Source of the DNA: Chitinophagales bacterium
Lineage (GTDB): Bacteria; Bacteroidota; Bacteroidia; Chitinophagales; JADIYW01
Assembly: GCA_023957215.1 (NCBI GenBank)
Contig: JAMLHH010000007.1
Span: 20,768-84,767 of the forward strand
DNA: 64,000 nt
Direction of reading: 5' to 3'
The position numbers were made by a program, and so were the translations under genes. Below the pieces are notes generated by a model. The model worked only from the letters and a program-made list of their open reading frames with translations, was not told where the DNA came from and ran no database searches. Numbering within the stretch: position 1 is the stretch's first letter; the number at the start of each line of letters is the position of its first letter. Below, piece after piece: positions 37,993 to 47,920 of the stretch.

Positions 37993-38360
37993 AAGCGATG
38001 TCTCTTTAGATGGGACAGATTATTTTCATTTGAAAGAATATTACCTATTTCTTGACACAAAAGAGTGAAATCTATTTTAACTCAAAATCTTTAAGATGCA
38101 TTCACAATAAAATAAGTTTAGCTGATTCGGAACAAGATAAACTAAATAGAGAACCCTTAAAAACGTGTATTGTATTGACTATCAATAACATATACGAAAT
38201 ATTCCTTTGGTAATAAGACGAGATCTACTACCTTTATAGTATAAGCCTTGCATAAAAAGAAGAAATGCCAATCATACGTATCTGTTCTCATCATTAGAAG
38301 ATACGCACAATCAAAAACATCCCTGTACTTAAATTTTGTACTCTGTAAATCATAATTTAT

Positions 38361-38510
38361 TCAAAACAACGTATAAACAAATGGGGCGACAGTAGAGCTA
38401 CTACCTGCAAAAACTAAAAGAGCCAAGAGAATCAAAACGATGATAATAGGGGTGAGCCACCACTTTTTACGCTCCATCAAAAACTGCCAAAGTTCCTTTA
38501 AATCTTCCAT
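38361..38510 (-). CDS. DUF5989-family small membrane protein (49 aa, below the ORF-track cutoff)
   Basis: My translation is MEDLKELWQFLMERKKWWLTPIIIVLILLALLVFAGSSSTVAPFVYTLF. The ATG lies 5 nt after the carbamoyltransferase stop. The sequence matches my memory of the DUF5989 consensus (...RKKFWLLPII...APFIYTLF), a family normally found next to carbamoyltransferases. Confidence 0.7.
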   Translation of the reverse strand: MEDLKELWQFLMERKKWWLTPIIIVLILLALLVFAGSSSTVAPFVYTLF

Positions 38511-38515
38511 GTCAA

Positions 38516-40373
38516 TTAATCTTTTGAAAAGGTACGATTTTTAAATTGATTCGCAAATTTTTCTGACTGTTCTTCTTTAAAAAAAACTTCATTCCCTATC
38601 ACTAAAACATCCATATCTGTCTGCATAAAACAAGCATAAGCATCTAAAGCCGTGCAGACGATCGGTTCGCCTCTTACATTAAAACTTGTATTAACCAAGA
38701 TAGGATGCCCCGTCTTTTGTTCTACTGCATCTAAAAGTTGATAAAGTTTTGTATTGCTGTCTTTAGTAATAGTCTGCGGTCGTGCAGAATAGTCTGTATG
38801 TATCACTGCTTGAAATTCACTTCTTGGAACATTGAGTTTGTCTTTTGGAGTAAGCTGTGAAAAGTTATGGGGTAGTGCTGTCCGCAAGTTTTCTTGTAAT
38901 TTTACTACAAATTCCATGTAATTGGAGTTTTGTGGAAGTTGAAAGTATTGCTGTGCGGTTTCTGCTTTGAGTACAGGTGCAAAAGGTCTGAAATCTTCTC
39001 TAAACTTAATTTTCAGATTGAGTTGTGTCTGCATGTTTTCTATACTTGGCACTGCTAAAATACTTCTATTCCCTAAAGCTCTCGGCCCAAATTCCATCCT
39101 GTCTTGTACCCAACCGATTACTTTACCTTTCGCGAGATAAGTTGCAACTTTCTCATAGAGTTTCTTGTCTTCCAAAGTAGTAGAAACAGCTTCAAATTGG
39201 CGATGTAAAACCTTGAGTTCATTACTATCAATTTTTGAACCGATATAAGCGGTCTGATTCCACTTGGAGACCTCTTCTTTGTCTATATATTTATCAAAAA
39301 ATACTGATGATAAATATATAGAGCAGCGCCATGGCACAACCGCTATCTCCGGTGAAGACGGAATATATATGTTGTCAAAAATTTCACTGTAAAATCTTGC
39401 CATTGGCTACACAATTGAGTGCGACACCACCGGAAAGACACAAGTTTTTACTTGGAATGATATTTTTTGCATATCGTACCAACTCCAAAATAAGTTCTTC
39501 CGTGACTTCCTGAATCGCCAAAGCCAAGTCACAATGTTGTTGTGTGATTTCCTCTTCATCTTTTCTGATTTTTAGACCAAAAAGTTTTTCCCATTTCGCA
39601 TCATCTATCATTTTTAAACGATATTGATAGGTGAAAAAATCCATATTGAGCTGAAAGCCGTTTTTAACTTCTGATTTTATTAAGTATATGTATATCAGTT
39701 TTTTAAATGCGTTTACTTCAATAGAATCTTTATTACCATAAGGCGAAAGCCCCATGAGCTTGTATTCTCCGGAATTTACTTTGAAACCTAAAAAATAAGT
39801 GAAAGCAGAATACAACATTCCAATGGAATGCGGGAAGTGTATTTCTTTGAGTATTTCAATATTTTTCCCTTTCGCTTGTGAAATAGTAATGGTCGCCCAC
39901 TCACCTACACCATCTATAACAATAATTGCGGCATCGTCATAACAAGACGGATAAAAAGCGCCTGCTGCGTGGCTGATATGATGTTCGGTAAATAGAAGAG
40001 GAGTCTTTTTGTAATCTATTTCACCTATTTCTTTTAAATACTTTTTTATATAAGATTTGAAAAGTATTTTTTCGTTGATCCATTTGGGAAGTGCAAACAA
40101 AAAAGACTGTAAGCCTTTGGGTGCTACGGAGGTGAAAGTTTCAAGTATTCTTTCAAATTTTAGAAGTGGTTTTTCGTAAAAAACAATGGCGTCCAATTGT
40201 GAAATCTGTATGCCGGCTTCATCTAAACAATATTGTATAGCTTGTTTGGGAAAATTATCATCATGCTTGATTCTTGAAAACCGTTCTTCCTGAGCTGCGG
40301 CTGTCACTCTACCGTCTTCTATCAATGCGGCAGCGGCATCGTGATAAAAACAGGATATCCCAAGTATCAACAT
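38516..40373 (-). pseudogene. NodU/CmcH-family carbamoyltransferase, frame-disrupted
   Basis: ORF 39384-40373 (MLILGISCFYHDAAAALIEDGRV...FTEHHISHAAGAF...LSGGVALNCVANGKIL) and ORF 38516-39403 (...NTSFNVRGEPIVCT...) are the two halves of one enzyme. The conserved GDSGCAM block lies in the other frame (39321-39350). Confidence 0.85.
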
Positions 40374-40546
40374 TTGGCTAAAATAAGAAAGAGTTTTTAA
40401 TAATTTACAGATTGAATGTTTATGAAAGTTTTTAAATTTTTTATTTTGAAGTTTAGGGATGATTCTTTATTTTTATGAAAACAATGTTATTTTTTTGTAA
40501 ACCCCAACCAAAAACTTCTTTTTAAAATAAATTATTAGATATTTGG

Positions 40547-40564
40547 TTTGACATTTTTGTCAAA
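40547..40564. promoter_or_regulatory. Candidate TetR operator: TTTGACA-TTTT-TGTCAAA
   Basis: Perfect 7-bp inverted repeat with a 4-nt spacer, ending 5 nt before the ATG of the TetR-family gene that heads the efflux operon. Confidence 0.5.
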
Positions 40565-40569
40565 TAATA

Positions 40570-41190
40570 ATGCTTCAAGTAGGAGAAGAAAAAAAAGATA
40601 TTGAAGAATTGATAAAAAGGGCAGCAAAAAAAGTTTTTGCCAAGAAAGGTTTTGCCGGAGCCAGACTGCAAGAGATTGCAGATGTAGCAGGTATAGGCAG
40701 GACTTCTTTGCATTATTATTATAAAAGTAAGGATAAACTTTTTGATGCTGTCATCACCGAAAAACTTTCAGAACTCAAAAACCGTTTTGGTAGTCTCAAT
40801 ATTCAAAATCTTTCATTGGAAGAGAAATTAATACACTGTACAAAGGCGTATTTTTCCAAAGCCATCACCGATCCTGATTTGGATATTTTCTTGTTGAATG
40901 AGTTTAACAGAAAACCTGAAAAGATGATGGCTCTGATACAAAACCACCGGTTTACCAAAGAAATTTTAAAGGATTTTAATCAAGCGATTCAAGCCGGTCA
41001 GATAAAAGGCATCGCCCAGCAACATTTTATCACTTTTTTATCTATCACCTTTTTTCCTTTCGCTGCTAAAAGTATGATGCAACAGATGTTGCAATGTAAC
41101 GATGAAGATTATATGCAATATATGAAAGCCCGAGAAGCTTATATTGTGGATTTTATTCATCAAAATTATCAATCCAATTCAAAAAAGTAG
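40570..41190 (+). CDS. TetR/AcrR-family transcriptional regulator
   Basis: 206 aa. The N-terminal HTH reads ...AAKKVFAKKGFAGARLQEIADVAGIGRTSLHYYYKSKDKLF.... Confidence 0.9.
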   Translation: MLQVGEEKKDIEELIKRAAKKVFAKKGFAGARLQEIADVAGIGRTSLHYYYKSKDKLFDAVITEKLSELKNRFGSLNIQNLSLEEKLIHCTKAYFSKAITDPDLDIFLLNEFNRKPEKMMALIQNHRFTKEILKDFNQAIQAGQIKGIAQQHFITFLSITFFPFAAKSMMQQMLQCNDEDYMQYMKAREAYIVDFIHQNYQSNSKK

Positions 41191-41201
41191 AGTAGAAATA
41201 T

Positions 41202-42263
41202 ATGAATAACGTAATTCGATTTGTGATTTTGTTTATTGTCGTAGGTGCATTTGCCGTTTGGTCTTTTTTTAAATTAAAATCTAACCAAGAAGAAGTAGAA
41301 GCCCGTGTTTATAAAATGGATTTGAATGAGTCCGTACTTGTTCAAACTGAAACGATGAAAAAAGAGCCTTTTGAATCTAATACTTCTTACCTCGGCTCTT
41401 TTGCACCCAATAGAGAAGTGATGATAATGTCAGAAGCGGCAGGGCGTGTGATAAAGGATAATATTCAAGAGGGAAATTCGGTTTCACAAGGTCAACTTAT
41501 TGCCCAATTGGATACTGATATTTTACAAAATCAATTAAAAATTGCCGAAAACAATTATGATTTGGCTGAAAAGACTGCCCAAAGAATGACCAATGCTCAA
41601 GAAGGCATCATGGCTACCCAATTAGATAAAGCTCAAAGCGATGTACAAACTTTGAAATACCAAATCGCTTTATACAAGAAACAAATTTCTATGGCGACAA
41701 TTACTGCACCGTTTGGTGGTATCATTACATCTAAGTTTTTTGAAATAGGTTCATTGGCAGGTCCCGGAGCACAAATGGCGGTATTGACTGATATCAATAC
41801 TTTAAAGTTGGAAATTGACGTACCTGAAGAAGAGATTACTTTATTCAAAACAGGAATGAGGCTCAATATCTCAACTCAAATTTACCCCAACCATACTTTC
41901 CAAGGTACGGTGAAAGTGATAGCCAGTAAAGCGGATGCAAATAAAAACTATAAAGTAAAAATCGAATTGCCTAATTCAAAAGAGTTTCCTCTGAAAGCCG
42001 GAATGTTTGGTTCTATAAATATTGAAAATACTTATAACAAAACAGGTGTCAGCATTCCGAGAACAGCCTTAGTGGGTTCGAATAAAAAACCTGAAGTATA
42101 TGTGATTCAAGACAGTATCGCAAAAAAACAACCCATTGTTATAGGTGCGAGCAACAAGGATAGATTATTTATAACCGACGGCTTAAAAGAGAATGATGTA
42201 GTGGCTATCGGTGGTATTGTCAATTTAAGAGACGGCATACGTGTCACTATTGCAGAACAATAA
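41202..42263 (+). CDS. Efflux RND periplasmic adaptor (membrane fusion protein)
   Basis: 353 aa with an N-terminal TM, a coiled-coil hairpin region, and ...ITAPFGGIITSKFFEIGS... as the lipoyl-like motif. It sits between the TetR and RND genes. Confidence 0.88.
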   Translation: MNNVIRFVILFIVVGAFAVWSFFKLKSNQEEVEARVYKMDLNESVLVQTETMKKEPFESNTSYLGSFAPNREVMIMSEAAGRVIKDNIQEGNSVSQGQLIAQLDTDILQNQLKIAENNYDLAEKTAQRMTNAQEGIMATQLDKAQSDVQTLKYQIALYKKQISMATITAPFGGIITSKFFEIGSLAGPGAQMAVLTDINTLKLEIDVPEEEITLFKTGMRLNISTQIYPNHTFQGTVKVIASKADANKNYKVKIELPNSKEFPLKAGMFGSINIENTYNKTGVSIPRTALVGSNKKPEVYVIQDSIAKKQPIVIGASNKDRLFITDGLKENDVVAIGGIVNLRDGIRVTIAEQ

Positions 42264-42284
42264 AATAGTTGAAGCAGACAGAAT

Positions 42285-45200
42285 ATGAAACTTACCAAAC
42301 TTGCAATAGAGCGACCTTCCTTCATCATAGTTATCTTTTTGATACTACTTCTAACGGGGATGTATTCATATACCCAACTTAACTATGATCTTTTACCCGA
42401 TTTTTCACAGCCTACTTTAATCATTACCACCCAATATCCCGGTGCCGACCCAAATACCGTAGAACAATCAGTCTCTAAAAAACTAGAAGATGTCTTATCA
42501 GGTGTGGATGGAATGAAATCTATTACCACCCAATCGTATGAAAGCATGTCTCTCATCATTACCGAATTTAAGTTTGGTGTAGATATCAATGAAAAACAAC
42601 AAGAAGTACAGCGACAGTTTAGTTCGGTGATGAGTGATTTGCCGGATGATGTAAAAACACCCAATGTGGCAAAAGTTGTTCCGAGTGACCAGCCTGTCAT
42701 GCAGTTGCAAGCGACTTCCACTTTGAGTCCGGGCGAGTTTTATGACCTGATAAGTGAAGAAATTTTACCGCAGATACAACAAATATCAGGTATCGGTAAA
42801 GTGAACCTGATAGGTGGTCAGGAAAGAGAAATCCAAGTCAATATTGACAAAGATAAATTGGAAGCAAATAACCTGTCTATCTTACAAGTCACTCAAAAAA
42901 TTTCCAAAGACAACTTAGAATTTCCTACCGGTAAAGTCAAAGATGACAAAGAACAAATGACCGTGCGTCTGTCAGGTAGATATGAATCTGCCGAGCAAAT
43001 CGCCAACACCATTATTTATAAAAGCCCAAGCCCTTATGGTAGTACGGTCAAGCTAAAAGATATTGCTACCGTTGCGGATGTACTCAAAGATCCGTCTTCT
43101 ATCAACAGATACAATGGAATTAACGGAATAGGTATTGTCATTAGAAAACAAAGCGGTACCAATGCGGTCAATATCAGCAAAGCCATTCGGGAAGTATTGG
43201 ATAAGGTTGTGGAAAAATACAGGGATATTGATCTGAAAATAGCTGTTACAGATGATACTGCCATCTTTACCATGCAGTCCGTTCATGCGGTACAACACGA
43301 TTTGATGTTGGCAATCATCTTGGTGGCAAGTATTATGCTCTTGTTCTTACACAGTTTGAGAGACTCTTTGATAGTTCTTTTGGCGATTCCGACTTCTTTG
43401 ATTTCTACCTTTCTGATGATGAATCTTTTAGGTTATTCTCTCAATTTGATGACCTTGTTGGCGCTTTCTTTGGTCATAGGTATCTTGGTGGATGATTCTA
43501 TTGTGGTATTGGAAAATATTCACCGGCATTTAGCGATGGGCAAACCTAAAAGACAGGCGGCTTATGATGGTCGTACAGAAATAGGCTTTGCCGCAATAGC
43601 TATTACAACCGTGGATGTGGTGGTTTTCGGTCCTATTGCATTGGTCAATACGACGATTTCACCTATTCTCAGACAATTTTCATTGACAGTGGTGGTTTCT
43701 ACCTTGATGAGTTTGTTTGTCTGTTTTACTCTGACACCTTGGTTAGCTTCCCGATTTGGTAAAATAGTAGAACTCAATCCGGGCAATCCTTTCCAATTTC
43801 TTTTAATACAATTTGAAAAAGGTATAGAAAAGTTGACTCTTTGGTACAAAGACATTTTGGCTTGGACATTGAATCACAGGTTGATCATGGCAGGTGTCGT
43901 TATTGTTTTGTTTGTAATAACAGGTCTGATAATGAATATGGGTATTTTAGGAAATGAATTGGTTGCAGAAGGAGATCAAGGAAAACTACAATACAAATTG
44001 GAATATGATAAAAGTACAACATTAGATGAAAATAATCTCAGAACAAAGCAGATGGAAGATTATCTGATGGCGCAGTCTGAGGTGAAAAGTGTCTTTAGCA
44101 ATGTGGGTGGCCCTTCACTCACAGGCTTTGAAGCTTTGGTAGCCATCGGTTCTGATTATAAATCGGAGCTGATAGTCAACTTAGTAGATGAAAAAGATAG
44201 AAAGGTCAGTTCTGAAGAGTTTTTGATACAACAGGCCGATATCATGTCCAAAAAATTTCCGGGAGTGAAAATACGTTCAAAATTGATAGGTCTGATGAAT
44301 GCCGGAGAACCGATACAGATTATTTTGAAAGCGGAAGATTTTGATATGTTGATGGCTACCGCCAAGGACTTGCAGGATAGGATAGAAGCTATGCCGGGAG
44401 CAATAGATGTCAGTATTTCTGTTCAAGAAGGAAATCCCGAGGTGCAAATAGATATTGATAGAGAAAGAATGGGTGCTTTGGGATTAGATGTTGTGAGTGT
44501 GGGGGCTACTATTACAAAACGCTTTGGCAGGTAATCAAAATGCGAAATTCGAAGCTAATAATAAAGTACGATATCAATATCAAATTTGACAAATTTGACA
44601 GACAAAGTGTTGATGATATCAAAAGTATCAAGTTTTTAAATAGTGCGGGGCAGTTGATTTCTTTAGGACAGTTTGCCAATATTACACAGGGTAGTGGACC
44701 GAGTATGTTAGAAAGAAGAGATCGTCGTACAGCAGTGACTATAAAAAGTAATCTTTTGGGAACTACTCCCGGTATTATATCCAAGCAAATTGATGAATCT
44801 ATCGAGAAATACCCGTTTCCTACCGGAGTAGAATATAAATGGACAGGTGATGTGGAAAGGCAGAAAGATTCTTTTGGAGCATTGACCATTGCATTTATTG
44901 CTTCATTTATTTTTATGTACTTGGTGATGGTGGCACTTTATGACAGCTTTATTTATCCGTTTGTGGTGCTTTTCTCTATTCCTGTTGCATTTATCGGAGC
45001 ATTTCTTGCATTGAATCTGGCATCTTCTTCATTGAGCATGTTTACCATGTTGGGATTGATCATGCTTTTAGGTTTAGTCGCTAAAAATGCCATATTGATA
45101 GTGGACTTTGCTAATCAGAAAAAGATGGAAGGCTCTTCCACTTATGATGCACTTTTACAAGCCGGCGTAGTGAGACTTCGACCAATATTGATGACAACTA

Positions 45201-45436
45201 TTGCGATGGTAGCAGGTATGCTTCCGATAGCTTTGGCTAAAGGGGCTGGCTCTGAATGGAAAAATGGTCTTGGTTGGGTCTTGGTCGGCGGTTTGACCTC
45301 ATCTATGATTTTGACCGTGTTTGTCGTGCCGATGGCATACTATACTGTTGATAAAATGAAAGTCAAATTTGCCCAGTGGTTGGGTCTCAAAGTCGAGAAT
45401 CCCGACGAGGGTGTCGAAAATCAGTTTATTTCATAG
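42285..45436 (+). pseudogene. RND (AcrB-type) efflux permease, split by two +1 insertions
   Basis: ORFs 42285-44534 and 44540-45436 are in frames 0 and +2. The connecting peptide QNALAGNQNAKFEANNK is readable only in frame +1 (44515-44565). The N-terminus MKLTKLAIERPSFIIVIFLILLL... and the C-terminal TM bundle are typical ACR_tran. Confidence 0.88.
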
Positions 45437-45712
45437 ATAGACGACAATTTTAATATTATTTGGGCGTGTCCTTTACTATTGATAAAACTATTGGTAACGA
45501 GATGACAATATATCGAAACTATTTCGTATGTTTACCTCATGGGAAAAACAGATTTTCGCAAATTGGCAGAGCCTGAAAGATTAGCATTTCGTAAGTAGGT
45601 TGACTCCGAAGAGGTGGGTGGTGCATTCTATGTATCGGTGGACAAGTTAAGATCGATCCCGATTAATTTGGGAATCAAAGATGAGGGGGGAGATTGCTAC
45701 ATTGGTATATTC

Positions 45713-46207
45713 TCATCTTTTCAAATAGTATTGTTCAATTAACTTTTCGGATAAGTCAGGCGAGATAACGATATTTTTGTCATCCATTGTTTTGATGAGT
45801 AGGCGATGAACTCTTTGGGTAGTGTATAAAGTCATTTTACCTATTTCCTTGTTGTAAAATTTCCCGTAATAGCCAAATAAACCGCCCACTCCAAAGGTTC
45901 TGATTGTATTTTTCATCATTTCGGCATCTAACTTTTCTACACTTTTGATATTTTCCCGTTTTATTTTTACATTGGATATCATGCGGTGGATGGTCAGTTC
46001 ATTTTCGTCTAATTGATAATATTGAGGCTTGAATGCGTATGTTAACACATATACCAAAATTAAACTTAGACTGACAGAGAGCATGAATAAGTTGATTTGA
46101 GGATTTTTGATATTGGAAAGACCTCCCATGATGACTATGAAGAAAATGATGCTCACGATGACAGTGATTATCACCGTCAATTTATCCATGCTTGTTTTGT
46201 ATATCAT
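45713..46207 (-). CDS. Membrane-anchored bacterial PH-domain (bPH)-like protein
   Basis: 164 aa with two N-terminal TM helices, then a domain of about 100 aa with the beta-rich pattern of bacterial PH domains. Weak family call. Confidence 0.45.
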   Translation of the reverse strand: MIYKTSMDKLTVIITVIVSIIFFIVIMGGLSNIKNPQINLFMLSVSLSLILVYVLTYAFKPQYYQLDENELTIHRMISNVKIKRENIKSVEKLDAEMMKNTIRTFGVGGLFGYYGKFYNKEIGKMTLYTTQRVHRLLIKTMDDKNIVISPDLSEKLIEQYYLKR

Positions 46208-46230
46208 CTCAAACAGATTTTACCTTAAAA

Positions 46231-46953
46231 TTAAAACTTTTTATTGACAAGTTGGCCTTCGTAAAGAAAAGGTAGGACAGGGGCGGTATCAAAACTCATA
46301 CAATATTGTATATCGTTATAGATTCCCAAACGTCCCAATCTTTTATAGTGAGAAGACTGCCGGATAAGTGAAGGTAAATCGTGTTGGTATTGGTTATAAA
46401 GTGCTTGGGCAAGAAGTGTCGTATCATTTTGTGTGTCAAAATGTTGGTCGAGTCGTGTAGCTACCGCTCCGGCAAACAGTGTATCTTCCAAATTGACCTG
46501 CCCTTTCCAGCCTGCACAAGCTAAAATGATGGGTGTGGATTGCCCTTTTAAATACTCGCAAAGCGTTGAGATATTAGGGAATGAGCCTGTCAATATTTGT
46601 TTTGCTTGGAGGGATTTGTGTATTAGAGCTGTCCCATTGGTCGTGGTGAGAATCAATGTTTTATTTTTGGCCAATCCATCTTGATAGAGAAGGGGCGAAT
46701 TTCCATATTGGAGACCAGAAGCAGTTATTCCGTTGCGTTCTCCGGCGGTGATGGTTTCAGGTTTTTGCCCTTTTTCTATACATTCTTCTACGGTTGAGAC
46801 AGGTATAACCGCATTCGCTCCATGATAAAGTGCCGATGCAATAGTAGAAGTGGCTCTGAGTACATCAATCGCCACAACAACACTTTCTTCCAAATTATAG
46901 AGTGATAATAATTCGGGTGAAAGACAAGTCGTCATACATGGTTTTTGTTTCAC
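46231..46953 (-). CDS. 2-phosphosulfolactate phosphatase (ComB) family protein
   Basis: 240 aa. ...VVVAIDVLRATSTIASAL... near the N-terminus is the ComB-family signature as I remember it. The real start may be the Met at 46935. Confidence 0.7.
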   Translation of the reverse strand: MKQKPCMTTCLSPELLSLYNLEESVVVAIDVLRATSTIASALYHGANAVIPVSTVEECIEKGQKPETITAGERNGITASGLQYGNSPLLYQDGLAKNKTLILTTTNGTALIHKSLQAKQILTGSFPNISTLCEYLKGQSTPIILACAGWKGQVNLEDTLFAGAVATRLDQHFDTQNDTTLLAQALYNQYQHDLPSLIRQSSHYKRLGRLGIYNDIQYCMSFDTAPVLPFLYEGQLVNKKF

Positions 46954-47034
46954 TTTACGATGATTAAAATGTTATGAGTGATGTATTATTGTAAAAGATA
47001 TATTTTTATCATCCATCTTTAATTTATGAAGCAA

Positions 47035-47880
47035 TCAGTCTTCATTGAGTATGTATATTTTTTTATTTTTTAGACTGATTCCTATTTTCTTTCCCAACCA
47101 ATTAATACTCGTTTTTCCTTCATAAATCAAATCTTCTACAAAGACAACATTGGGATTTTCCACCGATGCATACTGATTGGATATCGATTGGACAGAACCT
47201 TTGTAGAATTTGGTTTTTATGTTTGGATTAAATTCACTTTCTTTTACTACTAAGTCTAATTTACTACTATCCAAATGAAGTATGGGAATATATTTCGAAT
47301 TGAGCCAAAAGGAATCATTTCCGGCACCTGAATCTAATAAAGTTTGTATTTTATATTTATTATTTAAAAGAATATAAGTGGAGATGTCTAAAGATTTATC
47401 GGCATTAGTCGTTAATTGGATATCAAATGATTTTTTATTTTTTAAAGTAGAAAGATCTTCTGATAATATAATTCGTTTTTGCTCATAGTCGATAATAAAA
47501 TCTTGTTCTCTAAACATTTCCAATGAAATCAGACCATTAATACCTTGTATATTCATGTCAAAAGTAGCATAAGGTATATTTTTAAACTCTTTGCCGGCAA
47601 AGAATATAGAAGTACTTTCATAAATAGGCGACGTGATTTTCTCGCCGGTTGCTCTATAAGCAGTCAGAAAATTATATGTTGAGTCAGGTGTAAAATCTTT
47701 TGCGAAATCATCAAAAAACAGATTGATTCCACCGCCTGTATCAAAAATAAATTTTCCGGCTTTACCATTGACATTCGCTTCGACAATTATATGACCGGAA
47801 GGTAATAATTGAATAGGAGTTTCATTCGAGAAAGCTTTAAAGGAAGTCAATAAGAGTACGATTAAGAGCTGTAATTTCAT
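47035..47880 (-). CDS. Secreted two-lobed retropepsin-like aspartic protease
   Basis: 281 aa with a signal peptide. Two active-site-like motifs are present: ...GKFIFDTGGGINLF... and ...TLLDSGAGNDSFW.... Confidence 0.55.
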   Translation of the reverse strand: MKLQLLIVLLLTSFKAFSNETPIQLLPSGHIIVEANVNGKAGKFIFDTGGGINLFFDDFAKDFTPDSTYNFLTAYRATGEKITSPIYESTSIFFAGKEFKNIPYATFDMNIQGINGLISLEMFREQDFIIDYEQKRIILSEDLSTLKNKKSFDIQLTTNADKSLDISTYILLNNKYKIQTLLDSGAGNDSFWLNSKYIPILHLDSSKLDLVVKESEFNPNIKTKFYKGSVQSISNQYASVENPNVVFVEDLIYEGKTSINWLGKKIGISLKNKKIYILNED

Positions 47881-47920
47881 CTTGATGAACGTTTTTTGAA
47901 TCTATGGCAGTTAAAAACTT

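Noticed and set aside
37782-38060. ORF 37782-38060 (92 aa, minus strand) as a candidate third gene of the carbamoyltransferase operon.
   Set aside because: Most of it overlaps the 3' end of the ACAD-SCP2 gene and it spans the terminator hairpin. It has no TM segments and no similarity to the expected SxtJ-type protein.
44505-44575. Programmed ribosomal frameshifting as the explanation for the split RND permease or the split carbamoyltransferase.
   Set aside because: It would require two or three successive shifts with no slippery heptamer or downstream structure that I can see. These gene families are not known to use recoding. Indel mutation or sequence error is far more likely.
45541-45700. 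Mini-ORF MGKTDFRKLAEPERLAFRK* and a following open frame (VDSEEVGGAFYVSVDKLRSIPINLGIK) in the 276-bp gap after the RND gene, as a possible gene remnant.
   Set aside because: I cannot assign it to any family. It is too short and is interrupted by a stop. I leave it as unexplained intergenic DNA.
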